Assembly: GCA_964016885.1 (NCBI GenBank)
Contig: OZ024760.1
Span: forward strand, 26,474,001 to 26,538,000
Direction of reading: 5' to 3'
Length of the DNA stretch: 64,000 nucleotides
Source: Eledone cirrhosa
Taxonomy: Eukaryota
Shown here piece by piece: positions 47,718 to 60,960 of the stretch; within the stretch, counting starts at the first letter, position 1; the number at the start of each line of letters is the position of its first letter. The translations under genes were made by a program, and so were the position numbers. The notes under the pieces are model-generated. The model was not told where the DNA came from, ran no database searches, and worked only from the letters and a program-made list of their open reading frames with translations.

Positions 47718-48577
47718 CTAGCAGTAAAGCCCGGCGTTGCTCGGGGTCGCTCAGTAGCTGTGTTAAAGTTACAATGTTAAGTTTCTTTCTTGGCTTAAAA
47801 ACTGTAGTGTCTACTGTGCAGACTTGCATGTGGTGTTTTTGATTAATATTCCCTCAACCAACAATATGCCTTATGAAGTTAAGAAAACATAACGATAACC
47901 CGAATGTTATAACAAAAGAGGATGCTGGGGATAGAAACTGCACTGGTTATTTATTAACAAAGATCGAAAATGTAAACACTGCAACGCAGAGAAAAACATT
48001 AGCGTAACCAAATTATCAGTTATGTCTGTCTGCACGCCTATATCACCTCTCTGCACGACTATCTGTCTGCACGCCTATATCACCTCTCTACACGACTGTC
48101 TGTCTGCACGCCTATATCACCTCTCTGCACGACTGTCTGTCTGCACGCCTAACGACGAAATATTTGCTTGTTTTACGTAGTCTTTAAATAGACTTGTTTT
48201 CAAGTAAAAATATTGTTTTAAAATGCTTTTAAATGGAAATGAAGCAAAACGGAAGCTTAGTGTTCGAACTGATGAATTTTGCAGGTCAATATTTTGCTGG
48301 CTCGACAACTGTTAAAGCCAGCGTAATTTTTTACGTAAGACGCTCAATGTAAACAGAACAAAGGGAAATAACTGATCACTTACGCTCAAAAATCGATACA
48401 TTATATTCGATTTCGTCACATAGGGTGGGTGAATTTGAAATTTTTTTTTCCGATGTCTTCGCTAGGGCTCAATGTACAAGTATAGCAATTTCGGTGCAAT
48501 TCCGTGAGAGATTCTAAGAGGAGATGTGTGCCAAAAATCGATAGACAGACAGACAACCACAGTTTTATATATATAGA
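47718..48577 (-). mobile_element. Non-autonomous Helitron-like element
   Basis: Minus strand: A|TCtatatatataaaa..(ctgt)n ... cccgagcaacgccggg hairpin ... ctgCTAG|T; no TSD; internal 33-bp x4 repeat. Confidence 0.8.
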
Positions 48578-48664
48578 TTTATAAATTTATAAATTTACAA
48601 ATCTACAAATTTATAAATTTATGGTTGGTTGGTTGGTTCCACAACCAGATAGTTGTTTATATAT

Positions 48665-48709
48665 AGTCATAGTCCTTTCGTCACACACTCTGTGACCTCT
48701 TCAGTGACT
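48665..48709 (-). ncRNA. Minimal type I hammerhead ribozyme
   Basis: agtca-CTGAAGA-g-gtcaca-gagtg-tgtgac-GAAA-ggac-TA-tgact: 5-bp stem I, 6-bp stem II, CUA triplet. Confidence 0.78.
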
Positions 48710-49079
48710 GGGGATTCCTTTCCTTTGTTTCTGTGCCTTTCCTTTCTTTCTTCTATCCTACGCCATTTTGTTTCTCTGTGTGTGTTGTGTGCTCAGTTTG
48801 CGCATGCGCCACATCCGGGTGTCTGTGTGTGTTTGTGTTCATTTATCTATTTGTTTATTTATTTATTTATTTATTGTTGGTTCGTTGTTTGTTCTATGTG
48901 TGTGTGTGTTTTCATTTTGTCCTGTGTGTGTTTTCATTTTGTCCTTAATTGTAAGTTGTGATGTTGCTGTTCCACTCATATTTTCGGTTTCAACACACGA
49001 TTTCAGATAAAGAATCTTGCAAAACAAATTCAGAAACGATATATATACATTATTTAACAATTTTTTATCTGGATATATA

Positions 49080-49719
49080 TCTATATATATAAAACAGAGG
49101 ATGTCTGTGTGTCTGTGAGTTTGAAAATCCCTAAAACTCGGGAAGTACCCAACCGATTTTTTTCAAACTTTACATGTGTATTACTTATGTTTGAGGGAGT
49201 GTTATGCACATTAAAATATTCAACTTTTTGATCCTCTAGGGTCCGCATTAGGTGAAAAACTGCGTTTTTTTTCAGCCTTTTAGGGTGTTTTTGATGTGTT
49301 ACGTCAGACCGATTTCCTTGATATTGTAACTATGTATTAGTCAGTCTCTTCTTCATACCGTGAGCAAAGAAAATCCAACTTTTTTATGGCCTAGGGCCCG
49401 CCTTAGGTGAAAAACTTCATTTTTTCAGTTTTTTAGGGCTTTTTTGAGGCGTTACGTCTAGCCGATTTTCCCGAAATTTCAAGACATATTATGCTCATAA
49501 AAAAAAATCATTTTCTTGATCCCCTTGGGCCCGCATTAGGTGAAAACCTGCATTTTTCCTGCTTCATCGAGGAAAATCTTAGAGATTATCCAGCCATCAG
49601 AGTAGTCGGTTTATTTTCTTTACATATTGTCCAGGCATGCAGTTTTTCCACGATTAGGTCTGTTGGCGGCCCGCATTCCAAAATACTTTATCCCGTGCAA
49701 CGCCGGGTACCACTGCTAG
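49080..49719 (+). mobile_element. Second non-autonomous Helitron-like element
   Basis: 5' TCtatatatataaaac; 3' cccgtgcaacgccggg...ctgCTAG; internal gggcccgcattaggtgaaaa repeats. Confidence 0.75.
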
Positions 49720-49741
49720 AATTATATATAGTGAAGATACT

Positions 49742-49930
49742 TGACCTAGTGGTAAGGGTGTTGGGCTTGATCAAAACACTTCAATTCACGTTACTCCAGT
49801 ATACTCAGCCGAAATGAATACCAACAATAGCTGGGAGTTTAACCCTACAGTGGACTGGCATTCTGTCCAGGGGGAAGTCTTGTACTCTCACTCGCTTCGC
49901 GCCATGAAACCAGGGTAAGCAACGGCTCAA
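49742..49930 (+). mobile_element. Decayed SINE with a V-domain-like segment
   Basis: A-box-like gacctagtggtaag; aaccctacagtggactggcattctgtccagggg resembles the V-SINE conserved domain (from memory). Confidence 0.5.
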
Positions 49931-49966
49931 CGCACTGCTTGCAGCGCACGAGTGCCTGCATGCATA

Positions 49967-50050
<84 letters not shown>

Positions 50051-50147
50051 AATAGTTTTATCTAACGAATGAGCTGGATGTTTTCTTGCAAGAATCATCT
50101 TCAGTAATGAAATAACTACATTGTGTTGTTTTTTATGTAATTAAATA

Positions 50148-50178
<31 letters not shown>

Positions 50179-50385
50179 AATCAAGTATTACATATGATTC
50201 AGCAATATATATTGTAGTCAGCATCCTCGAGCTGATCGACAGTGAAACATATGTAATATGTTATTAAATATGTTATGATGCAACACTAATTCTTTGTTCC
50301 TTCATTCTTATAGTATTATACTCTGCTCTGCGTGAGCATCGAGTGCTCACCCGGCATATCACCCACGGTCGCAATTATCTTGCAC

Positions 50386-50462
<77 letters not shown>

Positions 50463-50729
50463 AATCACCTACCACCACTGCTGTTGCTACTATCATGACT
50501 ACACCTCTCTATATACACAAGAGTTCATTTTCCAGTCTCCTTCTCAACAAGGAAGATGAAAAAAACTTACCTCAACACTTAATTTTAAATCTTTAATTTT
50601 TAGTTTTTAATTCTTTTTAATTATTTTTAATTGTAATACTGAAGATTTGATAAGCTGAATGTTACTAATACATGGAAACCGGTAATACTTTATATATTTT
50701 ATATACTTTATAAAACTCTCTTTTAAAAG

Positions 50730-50973
50730 AATTGTCCTTCTCATTCTTTCAATAATGTCACTTTGACGGATCAAAGAAAGGGAAAAAAAAAGAAAAATAG
50801 ACAAATATATTTTCCGTGCTATATATATATATATATATATATATAGAAAGAGAGAGAAAGTGAAAAGGTGAAATTGGAAATAGCACGGAAAATATATTTG
50901 TCTATTTTTCTTTTTTTTTTTCCTTTCTTTGATCCGTCAAAGTGACATTATTGAAAGAATGAGAAGGACAATT
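50730..50973. repeat. ~93-bp inverted repeat (50730-50822 / 50880-50973)
   Basis: Near-perfect reverse complement around an (AT)n/(GA)n spacer. Confidence 0.9.
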
Positions 50974-50984
50974 GAGAAGGTCAA

Positions 50985-51040
<56 letters not shown>

Positions 51041-51289
51041 GAAAGGTATAGAAAACATTGTAGCGAAAAGCCAACAGTATTCCATAATATATAAGTGACT
51101 ATAGAGTCAAAATGGGAAAAATAGTTAACGTAAGATGTGGGAAAAATAATTCAAACTCATCTCAAAGAGAATCGGGATATAGATTCATCCACAGAATTTA
51201 GTGAAATCCAGGGAAAAATCAATAGAGCCTTAACTCGTGATAAAATAAAGTTTAAAATACTCATCCTTCAATTTGGAAAAACTTCAAAT

Positions 51290-51369
51290 GCTCTGTATAG
51301 TCTTAAAGACTATTTCACGAAAACTTTCAGTGGAGATGATCACGGTTGGAATTCGATCCTCAGCAGAGC
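51290..51369 (-). ncRNA. Type I hammerhead ribozyme with a full stem III
   Basis: gctctg-CTGAGGA-tcgaa...ttcgt-GAAA-tagtct-tta-agacta-TA-cagagc: 6-bp stem I, 6-bp stem III, AUA triplet. Confidence 0.75.
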
Positions 51370-51569
51370 TCAACTCGATAACCAAGATTCTCACAGATTA
51401 ATATGCCAAAAAGGGAATTTAAAACAGGCTAGTTACCATCATGCGTGATTATGAAAAATAAAACGCACATGAGGAAAGACAGGGCTGGTGACGTCATAAT
51501 GAGACGAATGTTTGTTTACAAGAAACAACAGTCAAAAAACATTCCGCAAAAAAACTCTATAATAAGGAG

Positions 51570-51652
<83 letters not shown>

Positions 51653-51704
51653 GGGAGAGAGAGAGGTATGAGGTAACAACCGATCTTCCATTAATATCTA
51701 CCTT

Positions 51705-51889
51705 TGTGGTTACCCTCGGTTCAATCGGGGGTAACCACAGTAAGTAAGGTACACTGTAAGTAGTACATAGCAGAGTATAAATATTTAATATATAGAAAAG
51801 GCATCTACAGGACTAGAACTGTTTCATTCTTGATGATTTATCCCGAATGAAACAGTTCTAGTCCTGTAGAACCCTTTTCTATATATTAA

Positions 51890-51890
<1 letters not shown>
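51705..51890. mobile_element. Fold-back copy of the 37256 family with the inversion junction at the hammerhead core
   Basis: tctacaggactagaactgtttcattc-TTGATGAtttatccc-gaatGAAAcagttctagtcctgTAga. Confidence 0.7.
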
Positions 51891-51933
<43 letters not shown>

Positions 51934-52160
51934 AAATGTCACTCAACATGGCTGAATACAATAAATGTAATCTGAGTTTTTCGAATATTAATAACATTCG
52001 ATTCGTTTGCAATTATGCAAACAAGCCTCAACTTTATAGCCATGTCAGTAGAATGAACCCTTCATTCTTGCTCTTGTGTTGGCATGCGAACAGAACTGCA
52101 GACACTAATGTTTCTGGGTATCACCCTTCACTAGCTCTGACAGTTTGGCAGGTGAACAGT

Positions 52161-52210
52161 GAGCTGTACTGATGAAGGGTGATACCCAGAAACATTAGTG
52201 TCTGCAGTTC
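52161..52210 (+). ncRNA. Minimal type I hammerhead ribozyme
   Basis: gagctgta-CTGATGA-agggt-gat-accca-GAAA-cattagtg-TC-tgcagttc: 8-bp stem I with GU pairs, GUC triplet. Confidence 0.78.
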
Positions 52211-52307
52211 TGTTCGCATGCCAACACAAGAGCAAGAATGAAGTGTTCATTCTACTGACATGCTATAAAATTGAGGCTTGTTTGCATAATTGCAAACGAA
52301 TCGAATG

Positions 52308-52450
52308 GGTTCAAATTCCCCGAGGATTAACTTTGACTTTCATCCTTACGGGGTCGATAAAATAAAGTACCAGTAATGCACTGGGATCGATTTAATCGAT
52401 TTCGCCCCTCTCCCAAAATTGCTGGCCTTGTGCCTATATAAAAAACAATT
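52308..52450 (+). mobile_element. tRNA-derived SINE, 5'-truncated, long variant
   Basis: Family match, including the gatcgatttaatcga segment. Confidence 0.82.
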
Positions 52451-52471
52451 ATTAATATTCGAAAAACTCAG

Positions 52472-52510
<39 letters not shown>

Positions 52511-52533
52511 TATATATATATATATATATACAT

Positions 52534-52704
52534 ATAATGAAGGAATTGTGGTAAGGAACCAGATGGACCATAACGCATCAGAGTACTCAATACTTAGGGT
52601 AGTAGAGTGGGTAATAGGAAAAAGTATGACCCGACGGCAGAGCTCAAGCCGTTTCGACGGCTTGAGCTCTGCCGTCGGGGTCCTCACTCTTTTCCTATAC
52701 ATAT

Positions 52705-52744
<40 letters not shown>

Positions 52745-52877
52745 CGAAGGAAATGTGGTAAGGAACCAGGTGGACCATAACGCACCAAAGTATTCATTAC
52801 TTAGGGTAGTAGAGTGGGTAATAGGAACCAGTAAGACCCCGACGGCTGAGCTCAAAGCCGTCGGGGTCTTACTGGTT

Positions 52878-52911
<34 letters not shown>

Positions 52912-53022
52912 AAATGTATGACCTCGACGGCAGAGCTCAAGCCGTTTCGACGGGTATTTCTGTATAGAAATAGCCGTCGAAACGGCTTGAGCTCTGCCGT
53001 CGGGGTCATACTTTTTCCTATA

Positions 53023-53054
<32 letters not shown>

Positions 53055-53190
53055 GGATATGTATAGGAAAAGAGTGAGGACCCCGACGGCAGAGCTCAAG
53101 CCGTTTCGACTGGTATTTCTGTCCAGAAATAGCCGTCGAAACGGCTTGAGCTCTGCCGTCGGGGTCATACTTCTTCCTATATATGGATAT
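52534..53190. mobile_element. Four tandem palindromic half-hammerhead hairpin elements separated by (AT)n
   Basis: Palindromes at about 52612-52697, 52820-52882, 52907-53021 and 53063-53181, with variable central deletions. Confidence 0.8.
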
Positions 53191-53202
53191 GTCTATGGTT
53201 AC

Positions 53203-53233
<31 letters not shown>

Positions 53234-53419
53234 ATGCTGTATATTACGAGTTGGAGAGACATGAGGGTGATAGAACTATCACTAACCAACGTCTGTGTCT
53301 GTGTGTCACTGGGGGGAGGAGGGGGGTGAAGCTGCTGATCTGACCATGAACAGCCATGCCACGGAATAACTGGACTGGAACGTGATTGAAGCCATCGATA
53401 ATAGCAGCAGCAGCAGCGA

Positions 53420-55380
53420 CTGTAGTGGTGGTAGTGGTGGTAGTAGTGGTGGTGGTGGTGGTGGTGGTGGTAGTGGTGGTGGTAGTGGTGGTGGTAGTAG
53501 TAGTGGTGGTGGTAGTGGTGGTAGTAGTGGTGGTGGTGGTGGTAGTGGTGGTAGTAGTAGCAGTAGTAGTGGATTTGGTAGTAGTGGTAGTAGTGGTGGT
53601 GGTGGTGGTAGTGGTGGTGGTAGTGGTGGTAGTAGTGGTGGTGGTGGTGGTGGTGGTAGTTAGTGGAAGTAGTGGTAGTAGTAGTGGTAGTAGTAGTAGT
53701 GGTATTGGTAGTAGTAGTGGTGGTAGTGGTAGTGGTGGTGGTTAGTGGAAGTAGTAGTAGTGGTAGTAGTGGTATTGGTAGTAGTGGTGGTGGTAGTAGT
53801 AGTGGTGGTAGTAGTAGCGGTGGTGGTAGTAGTGGCGGTGGTGGTAGTGGTGGTGGTAGTAGTGGTGGTGGTGGTGGTGGTGGTGGTAGTGGTGGTGGTA
53901 GTAGTAGCGGTGGTGGTAGTAGTAGTGGTGGTAGTAGTAGTGGTGGTAGTGGTAGTGGTGGTGGTTAGTGGAAGTAGTAGTAGTGGTAGTAGTGGTATTG
54001 GTAGTAGTGGCGGTGGTAGTAGTGGTGGTGGTAGTAGTAGTGGTGGTAGTAGTAGCGGTGGTGGTAGTAGTGGCGGTGGTGGTAGTGGTGGTGGTAGTAG
54101 TGGTGGTGGTGGTGGTTAGTGGAAGTAGTGGTAGTAGTAGTTGTAGTAGTAGCACTAGTAGTGGTATTGGTAGTAGTGGTAGTGGTGGTGGTGGTAGTGG
54201 TGGTGGTGGTAGTATTGGTGGTAGTGGTGGTGGTGGTAGTATTGGTAGTAGTGGTAACGGTGGTGGTATTGGTAGTAGTGGTAGTAGTAGTAGTGGTGGT
54301 AGTAGTGGTAGTAGTAGAAGTAGTGGTGTTGGTAGTACTGGTAGTAGTAGTGGTAGTAGCAGCAACAAAACAGTAGCATCAACCACTACTACAACCACTA
54401 CTACCACTACAACAACTACAACAGTAACAACAACCACTACTACAACTACTACTACCACTACAACAACTACAACAGTAACAACAACCACTACTACAACTAC
54501 TACTACCACTACAACAACTACAACAGTAACAACAACCACTACTACAACTACTACTACCACTACAACTACTACAACAGTAACAACAACCACTACTACAACT
54601 ACAACAGTAACAACAACCACTACTACCACTACTACAACAACAACAGTAACAACAACCACTATTACAACAACAGTAACAAAAACCACCACTACTACTACAA
54701 CAACAACAACAGTAACAACAACCACTACTACTACTACCACCACTACAACAACAGTAACAACAACCACTACTACTACTACTACCACTACTACAACCACTAC
54801 AACAACAACAGTAACAACAACCACTACTACTACTACCACTACAACAACAACTGTAACAACAACAACAGTAACAACAACCACTACTACCACTACAACAACT
54901 ACAAGAGTAACAACAACCACTACTACCACTACTACAACTACCACTACAACAACAACAGTAACAACAACCACTACTACTACTACAACAACTACAAGAGTAA
55001 CAACAACCACTACTACCACTACTACAACTACCACTACAACAACAACAGTAACAACAACCACTACTACCACTACAACTACAAGAGTAACAACAACCACTAC
55101 TACCACTACTACAACTACCACTACAACAACAACAGTAACAACAACCACTACTACCACTACAACAACTACAAGAGTAACAACAACCACTACTACCACTACT
55201 ACAACTACCACTACAACAACAACAGTAACAACAACAACAGTAACAACAACCACTACTACCACTACAACAACTACAAGAGTAACAACAACCACTACTACCA
55301 CTACTACAACTACCACTACAACAACAACAGTAACAACAACCACTACTACTACTACTACCACTACTACAACAACAACAACG
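53420..55380. repeat. (GGT/AGT)n array switching to (ACT/ACA)n near 54370
   Basis: Visible directly. Confidence 0.92.
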
Positions 55381-55514
55381 ACGGCGATATAGACCCCCCA
55401 CTCCCACTCAATGTCACAACTAATGGATTACGTCAATGTGAGGTTTTAAAAAGCATTTGTGATTTTAACACATTGACTATAAGTTTGTTTAACAGAACTG
55501 TCATGTCAGCAAAA

Positions 55515-55774
55515 CATACATATATATATATATGTGTGTGTGTATTGATGTGTATATATATATATATACATATATATGTGTGTATCTATGTATACATAGT
55601 ATGTTTGTATCTATATACATAATATATGTGTATATTGATGTGTATATATATAAATATATATATATATAGTATACATAGTATGTTTGTATCTATCTATATA
55701 CATAATATGTATGTATATTGATGTGTATATATATATATGTGTGTATATATGTATACATAGTATGTTTGTATCTA

Positions 55775-55829
<55 letters not shown>

Positions 55830-55920
55830 ATTGATGTATATATATATATATATACATATATATGTTTGTATCTATGTATACATAGTATGTTTGTATCTAT
55901 ATACATATGTATGTATATTG

Positions 55921-55957
<37 letters not shown>

Positions 55958-56356
55958 AGTGTATCTATGTATACATAGTATGTTTGTATCTATCTATATA
56001 CGTAATATGTATGTATATTGATGTGTATATATATATATGTGTGTATATATGTATACATTGTATGTTTGTATCTATCTCTATATATATATATGTGTGTGTA
56101 TTGATGTGTATATATATACATATATATATGTGTATCTATGTATACATAGTATGTTTGTATCTGTATACATAATATGTATGTATATTGATGTGTATATATA
56201 TATGTGTGTGTATATATGTATACATAGTATGTTTGTATCTATCTATATACATATGTATGCATATTGATGTGTATATATATATAGATATATATATATATGT
56301 GTGTCTCTGTATACATAGTATGTATGTATCTATATACATATGTATGTATATTGATG

Positions 56357-56389
<33 letters not shown>

Positions 56390-56640
56390 CTATATATACA
56401 TAGTATGTTTGTATCTATATATATATACATATATATGTATATTGATGTGTATATATATATACATATATATATGTATATGTGTCTATGTATACATAGTATG
56501 TTTGTATCTATATACATAATATGTATGTATATTGATGAGTATATATATATATACCTGTATATATGTGTGTATCTATGTATATATATGTGTCTTTGTATAC
56601 ATAGTATGTATGTATCTATATACATAATATGTATGTATAT

Positions 56641-56686
<46 letters not shown>

Positions 56687-57082
56687 CTATGTATACATAG
56701 TATGTTTGTATCTATATATATACATATATATGTATATTGATGTGTATATATATATATACATATATATACATATATATATGTATATGTGTCTATGTATACA
56801 TAGTATGTTTGTATCTATATACACAATATGTATGTATATTGATGTGTATATATATATACATATATAATGTGTGTGTGTGTAAAAAGTCAAAGGAAAACAA
56901 CACATATATTATATATATATATAAGATATATATATATATATATAATATATAAATATAATTACACACACACACACATAACTATATATATATTATATATATA
57001 TATTATATATATATATTATATATATATATATATTTTATATATATATATATATATTATATATATATATATATTATATATATAT

Positions 57083-57124
<42 letters not shown>

Positions 57125-57182
57125 ATATTATATATATATATATATATATTATATATAAAATTATAATATATATATATAATAT

Positions 57183-57242
<60 letters not shown>

Positions 57243-57250
57243 ATATATAT

Positions 57251-57305
<55 letters not shown>

Positions 57306-57339
57306 ATATATATATATATATAATATATATATATATATA

Positions 57340-57371
<32 letters not shown>

Positions 57372-57592
57372 AATATATATATATATAATATATATATATA
57401 TATAATATATATATATATAATATATATATAATATATATATATAATATATATATAATATATATATAATATATATATATATAATATATATATATATATAATA
57501 TATATATATATATAATATATATATAATATATATATATAATATATATATAATATATATATATACTATATATATAATATATATATAATATATAT

Positions 57593-57625
<33 letters not shown>

Positions 57626-57945
57626 AATAATATATATATATATAATATATATATATATAAATATAATATATATATATATAAGATATATATATATATAATA
57701 TATAATAATATATATATATATATATATAAGATATATATATATAATTGTTTCTACTTTAGGCACAAGGCCAGCAAATACCCAGTGCATTACTGGTACTTTA
57801 TTTTATCGACCCCGTAAGGATGAAAGGCAAAGTCAACCTCGGCGGGACTTGAACTCAGATCGTAAAGGGACGTAACTATGCTGGAAAGCATGGCGTCCGA
57901 CCCTCTACCGATACTGCCAATCCACCGCCAAGATATATATATATA

Positions 57946-57992
<47 letters not shown>

Positions 57993-58635
57993 TATATATA
58001 TATTATATATAATACATATATTATATATGATATATATAATTATATATATGTATATATAATTTATTATATATAATATATATTATATATTATATTTAATATA
58101 TATATTATATATTATATATTATATATAATATATATATTATATATTATATATAATATATATATTATATATTATATATTATATATAATATATATATTATATA
58201 TTATATATAATATATTTATTATATATAATATATAATATATATTATATATTATATAGAATATATATATTATATATAATATATATAATTTTATATATATTAT
58301 ATATAATTTTATGTATATATAATACATATAATATATAATATATATATCTATATATCATATTATATATAATATATATATTATATATTATATTTATTATATA
58401 TAATATATAATATATATTATATATAATATATATATTATATATATTATATTTATTATATATAATATATAATATATATTATATATTATATATAATATATATA
58501 TTATATAAAATATATAATATATATATTATATAAAATATATATTTTATATATTATATATAATATGTATATTATATATAATATAATATATTATATATATATG
58601 TAAATATCAAATTATATATATATAATATATTATAT
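55515..58635. repeat. Microsatellite-derived ~75-bp variable minisatellite (55515-56870) followed by AT-only repeats
   Basis: tatacatagtatgtttgtatct...tattgatgtgtat recurs. Confidence 0.88.
57746..57929 (-). mobile_element. Full-length tRNA-derived SINE with an 18-bp TSD
   Basis: TSD aagatatatatatataat at 57728-57745 and 57930-57947; starts ggcggtggattggcagtatcgg. Confidence 0.92.
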
Positions 58636-58644
58636 GCAGAGGAG

Positions 58645-59091
58645 ATATTTAATTTGTTGGATATCCAACAAATATAGATATGTACAACTTATTCAAAGCA
58701 CTCGACAGCTTTCTGAGTAAGTATTCAATGATATTAAATAAATGGAAACTATATTTATAAAAACATATTTATTCTATTATATATATTTCAAGGGTACTAA
58801 AAATGTTGGTACGTTATCATCAGATAAAATACAAAATGTTTTATAAATATTTGACATGACCAAAGATAATATACCTTAACGGTTCAAAGTATCCCTGGAA
58901 AGTTATCCTTTCAAGTTATCCTTTCCAGGATAACTTGAACCGTTAAGGTATATTATCTTTGGTCATGTCAAATATTTATAAAACATTTTGTATTTATCTG
59001 ATGATAGCGTACCAACATTTTTGGTACCCTTGAAATATATATTAGAATAAATATGGTTTTATAAATATAGTTTTCATTTATTTAATATCAT
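58645..59091. mobile_element. Fold-back hammerhead element (arms 58728-58886 / 58934-59091)
   Basis: Reverse-complement arms, each with an HHR; homologous to 14650-14840. Confidence 0.82.
58771..58830 (-). ncRNA. Minimal type I hammerhead; a damaged plus-strand copy lies at 58992-59047
   Basis: attttat-CTGATGA-taacgtaccaa..ttagtaccctt-GAAA-tatata-TA-atagaat. Confidence 0.68.
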
Positions 59092-59103
59092 GGTTTAATA
59101 TTA

Positions 59104-59235
59104 TACGTCCCTTTACAGTCTGAGTTCAAATCCCGCCGAGGTTAACTTTGCCTTTCATCCTTACGGGGTCGATAAAATAAAGTACCAGTAATGTACTGGG
59201 TAATTGCTGGCCTTGTGCCAAATGTAGAAACAATT
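59104..59235 (+). mobile_element. tRNA-derived SINE, 5'-truncated
   Basis: Family match. Confidence 0.83.
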
Positions 59236-59471
59236 ATATATATATATATATATAATTGCATATACATATATATAATTATATATAATATATTATATATATT
59301 ATATATTTTATATATTATATATATATATAATATATTATATATACATTATATATAATTTATATATATTATATTTTATATAGAGTATAATTATATATATATA
59401 ATATATTATATATATAAATTATTTATATATATTATATATATATAATATACTTTATATATAATATATATATA

Positions 59472-59552
<81 letters not shown>

Positions 59553-59573
59553 TAACAGATTAAAGTTTAAGCA

Positions 59574-59617
<44 letters not shown>

Positions 59618-59829
59618 TGGTGTTATGGTAGTACTGGTAGTGGTGATGGTGGTGGTGGTGGTGGTTGGTGGTGGAGTTTGGGCTGCAGGTTGTGATATTG
59701 GTGGTGCGGGTGGAGGTGGAAGTAGTAGTGGCGATGGTGGTGGTAATGGCTGCTGATATGACCGGTTTCGGTACAGCTAATCGCGACATTCACGACGATG
59801 TTTGACAGAGGTAAGAATGACGCCGTGAG

Positions 59830-59884
59830 TCAGACGGCCGCCATATTGAGCCAGCCATTGATGTCCTTGCAAACAGATGTGCCC
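59830..59884 (-). other. Possible terminal exon (weak)
   Basis: Acceptor-like ctccttttgtag|G followed by GC-balanced unique sequence; one frame gives GTSVCKDINGWLNMAAV*. Frame and gene unknown. Confidence 0.22.
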
Positions 59885-59904
59885 CTACAAAAGGAGTGTT
59901 TTTA

Positions 59905-59941
59905 TTTCACACACACACACACACACACAGGCACACACACA

Positions 59942-59989
<48 letters not shown>

Positions 59990-60006
59990 TGCAGGCATAC
60001 ACACAT

Positions 60007-60038
<32 letters not shown>

Positions 60039-60083
60039 GCAGGCATACACATACGCACGCATAGAAACACACAAATACATTCG

Positions 60084-60125
<42 letters not shown>

Positions 60126-60391
60126 TGCAGGCATACACACATTCACACAGACACACACACACACACACAAACACACACGCAGGCATACACATACGCACGC
60201 ATAGAAACACACAAATACATTCGCAGGCATACACACGCATACGCACGCATGTAAACACACAGAAACACGCAGAAACACACACATACACACGCAGACACAC
60301 ACATGGGCATACACATACGCACGCTTACAAACACACAATGCACACACACACACACACACAGACACACAAATGCACACACACACACACACAG

Positions 60392-60430
<39 letters not shown>

Positions 60431-60929
60431 CAGGCATACACATACGCATACATACATACAAACACACAAATACATTCGCCGGCATACACACATACGCACG
60501 CAGAGAAACACGCATATACGCACGCAGAGAAACACGCACATACGCACACACATACATACGCAAGAACACAAACATACACGCACATACACGCATACAAACA
60601 TGCATTAACACACACACAGGCGTTCATACAATCGCGCATACACACATGCAGAAGCTATCACGCACACACACACACAGGCACACACACACAGGCATACACA
60701 CGCAGGCATACACACGCGTGCACATACACACATACCCACATACACAGAAGCACACGGAGCGAAGCAATCACGCACACAAACATACATACACACACTTTTC
60801 CTCTTCCCCTAATACACATGTACATACACAAATCTATAACACACACACATACACACACTCTCTCACTCTCCTTCTCTCTCTCTCTCTATATATATATATA
60901 TCTATCTATCTCTCTCTCCTTCTCACTCT

Positions 60930-60960
<31 letters not shown>

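Larger units (their letters stand above)
47584..49040. mobile_element. Hammerhead-bearing element with ~55-bp inverted ends, split by a Helitron
   Basis: 47584-47640 is inverted at 48985-49040; ttcacttcaatttattata[Helitron]..aaattt is contiguous in the uninterrupted relative at 35988-36012. Confidence 0.7.
51968..52475. mobile_element. Fold-back hammerhead element (arms 51968-52130 / 52173-52475) with a SINE in the right arm
   Basis: The arms are reverse complements, and pairing resumes after the SINE at ttattaatattcgaaaaactcagatta. Confidence 0.82.

Noticed and set aside
50635-50690. CTGAAGA...GAAACCGGTA hammerhead-like spacing
   Set aside because: Stems I and II do not pair; a relic at best.
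51137-51448. 103-aa non-repetitive ORF
   Set aside because: GTG start, no recognisable homology, and antisense to a hammerhead-bearing repeat.
59755-59778. Minus-strand GAAACCGGTC half-hammerhead
   Set aside because: No catalytic 5' half and no family support.
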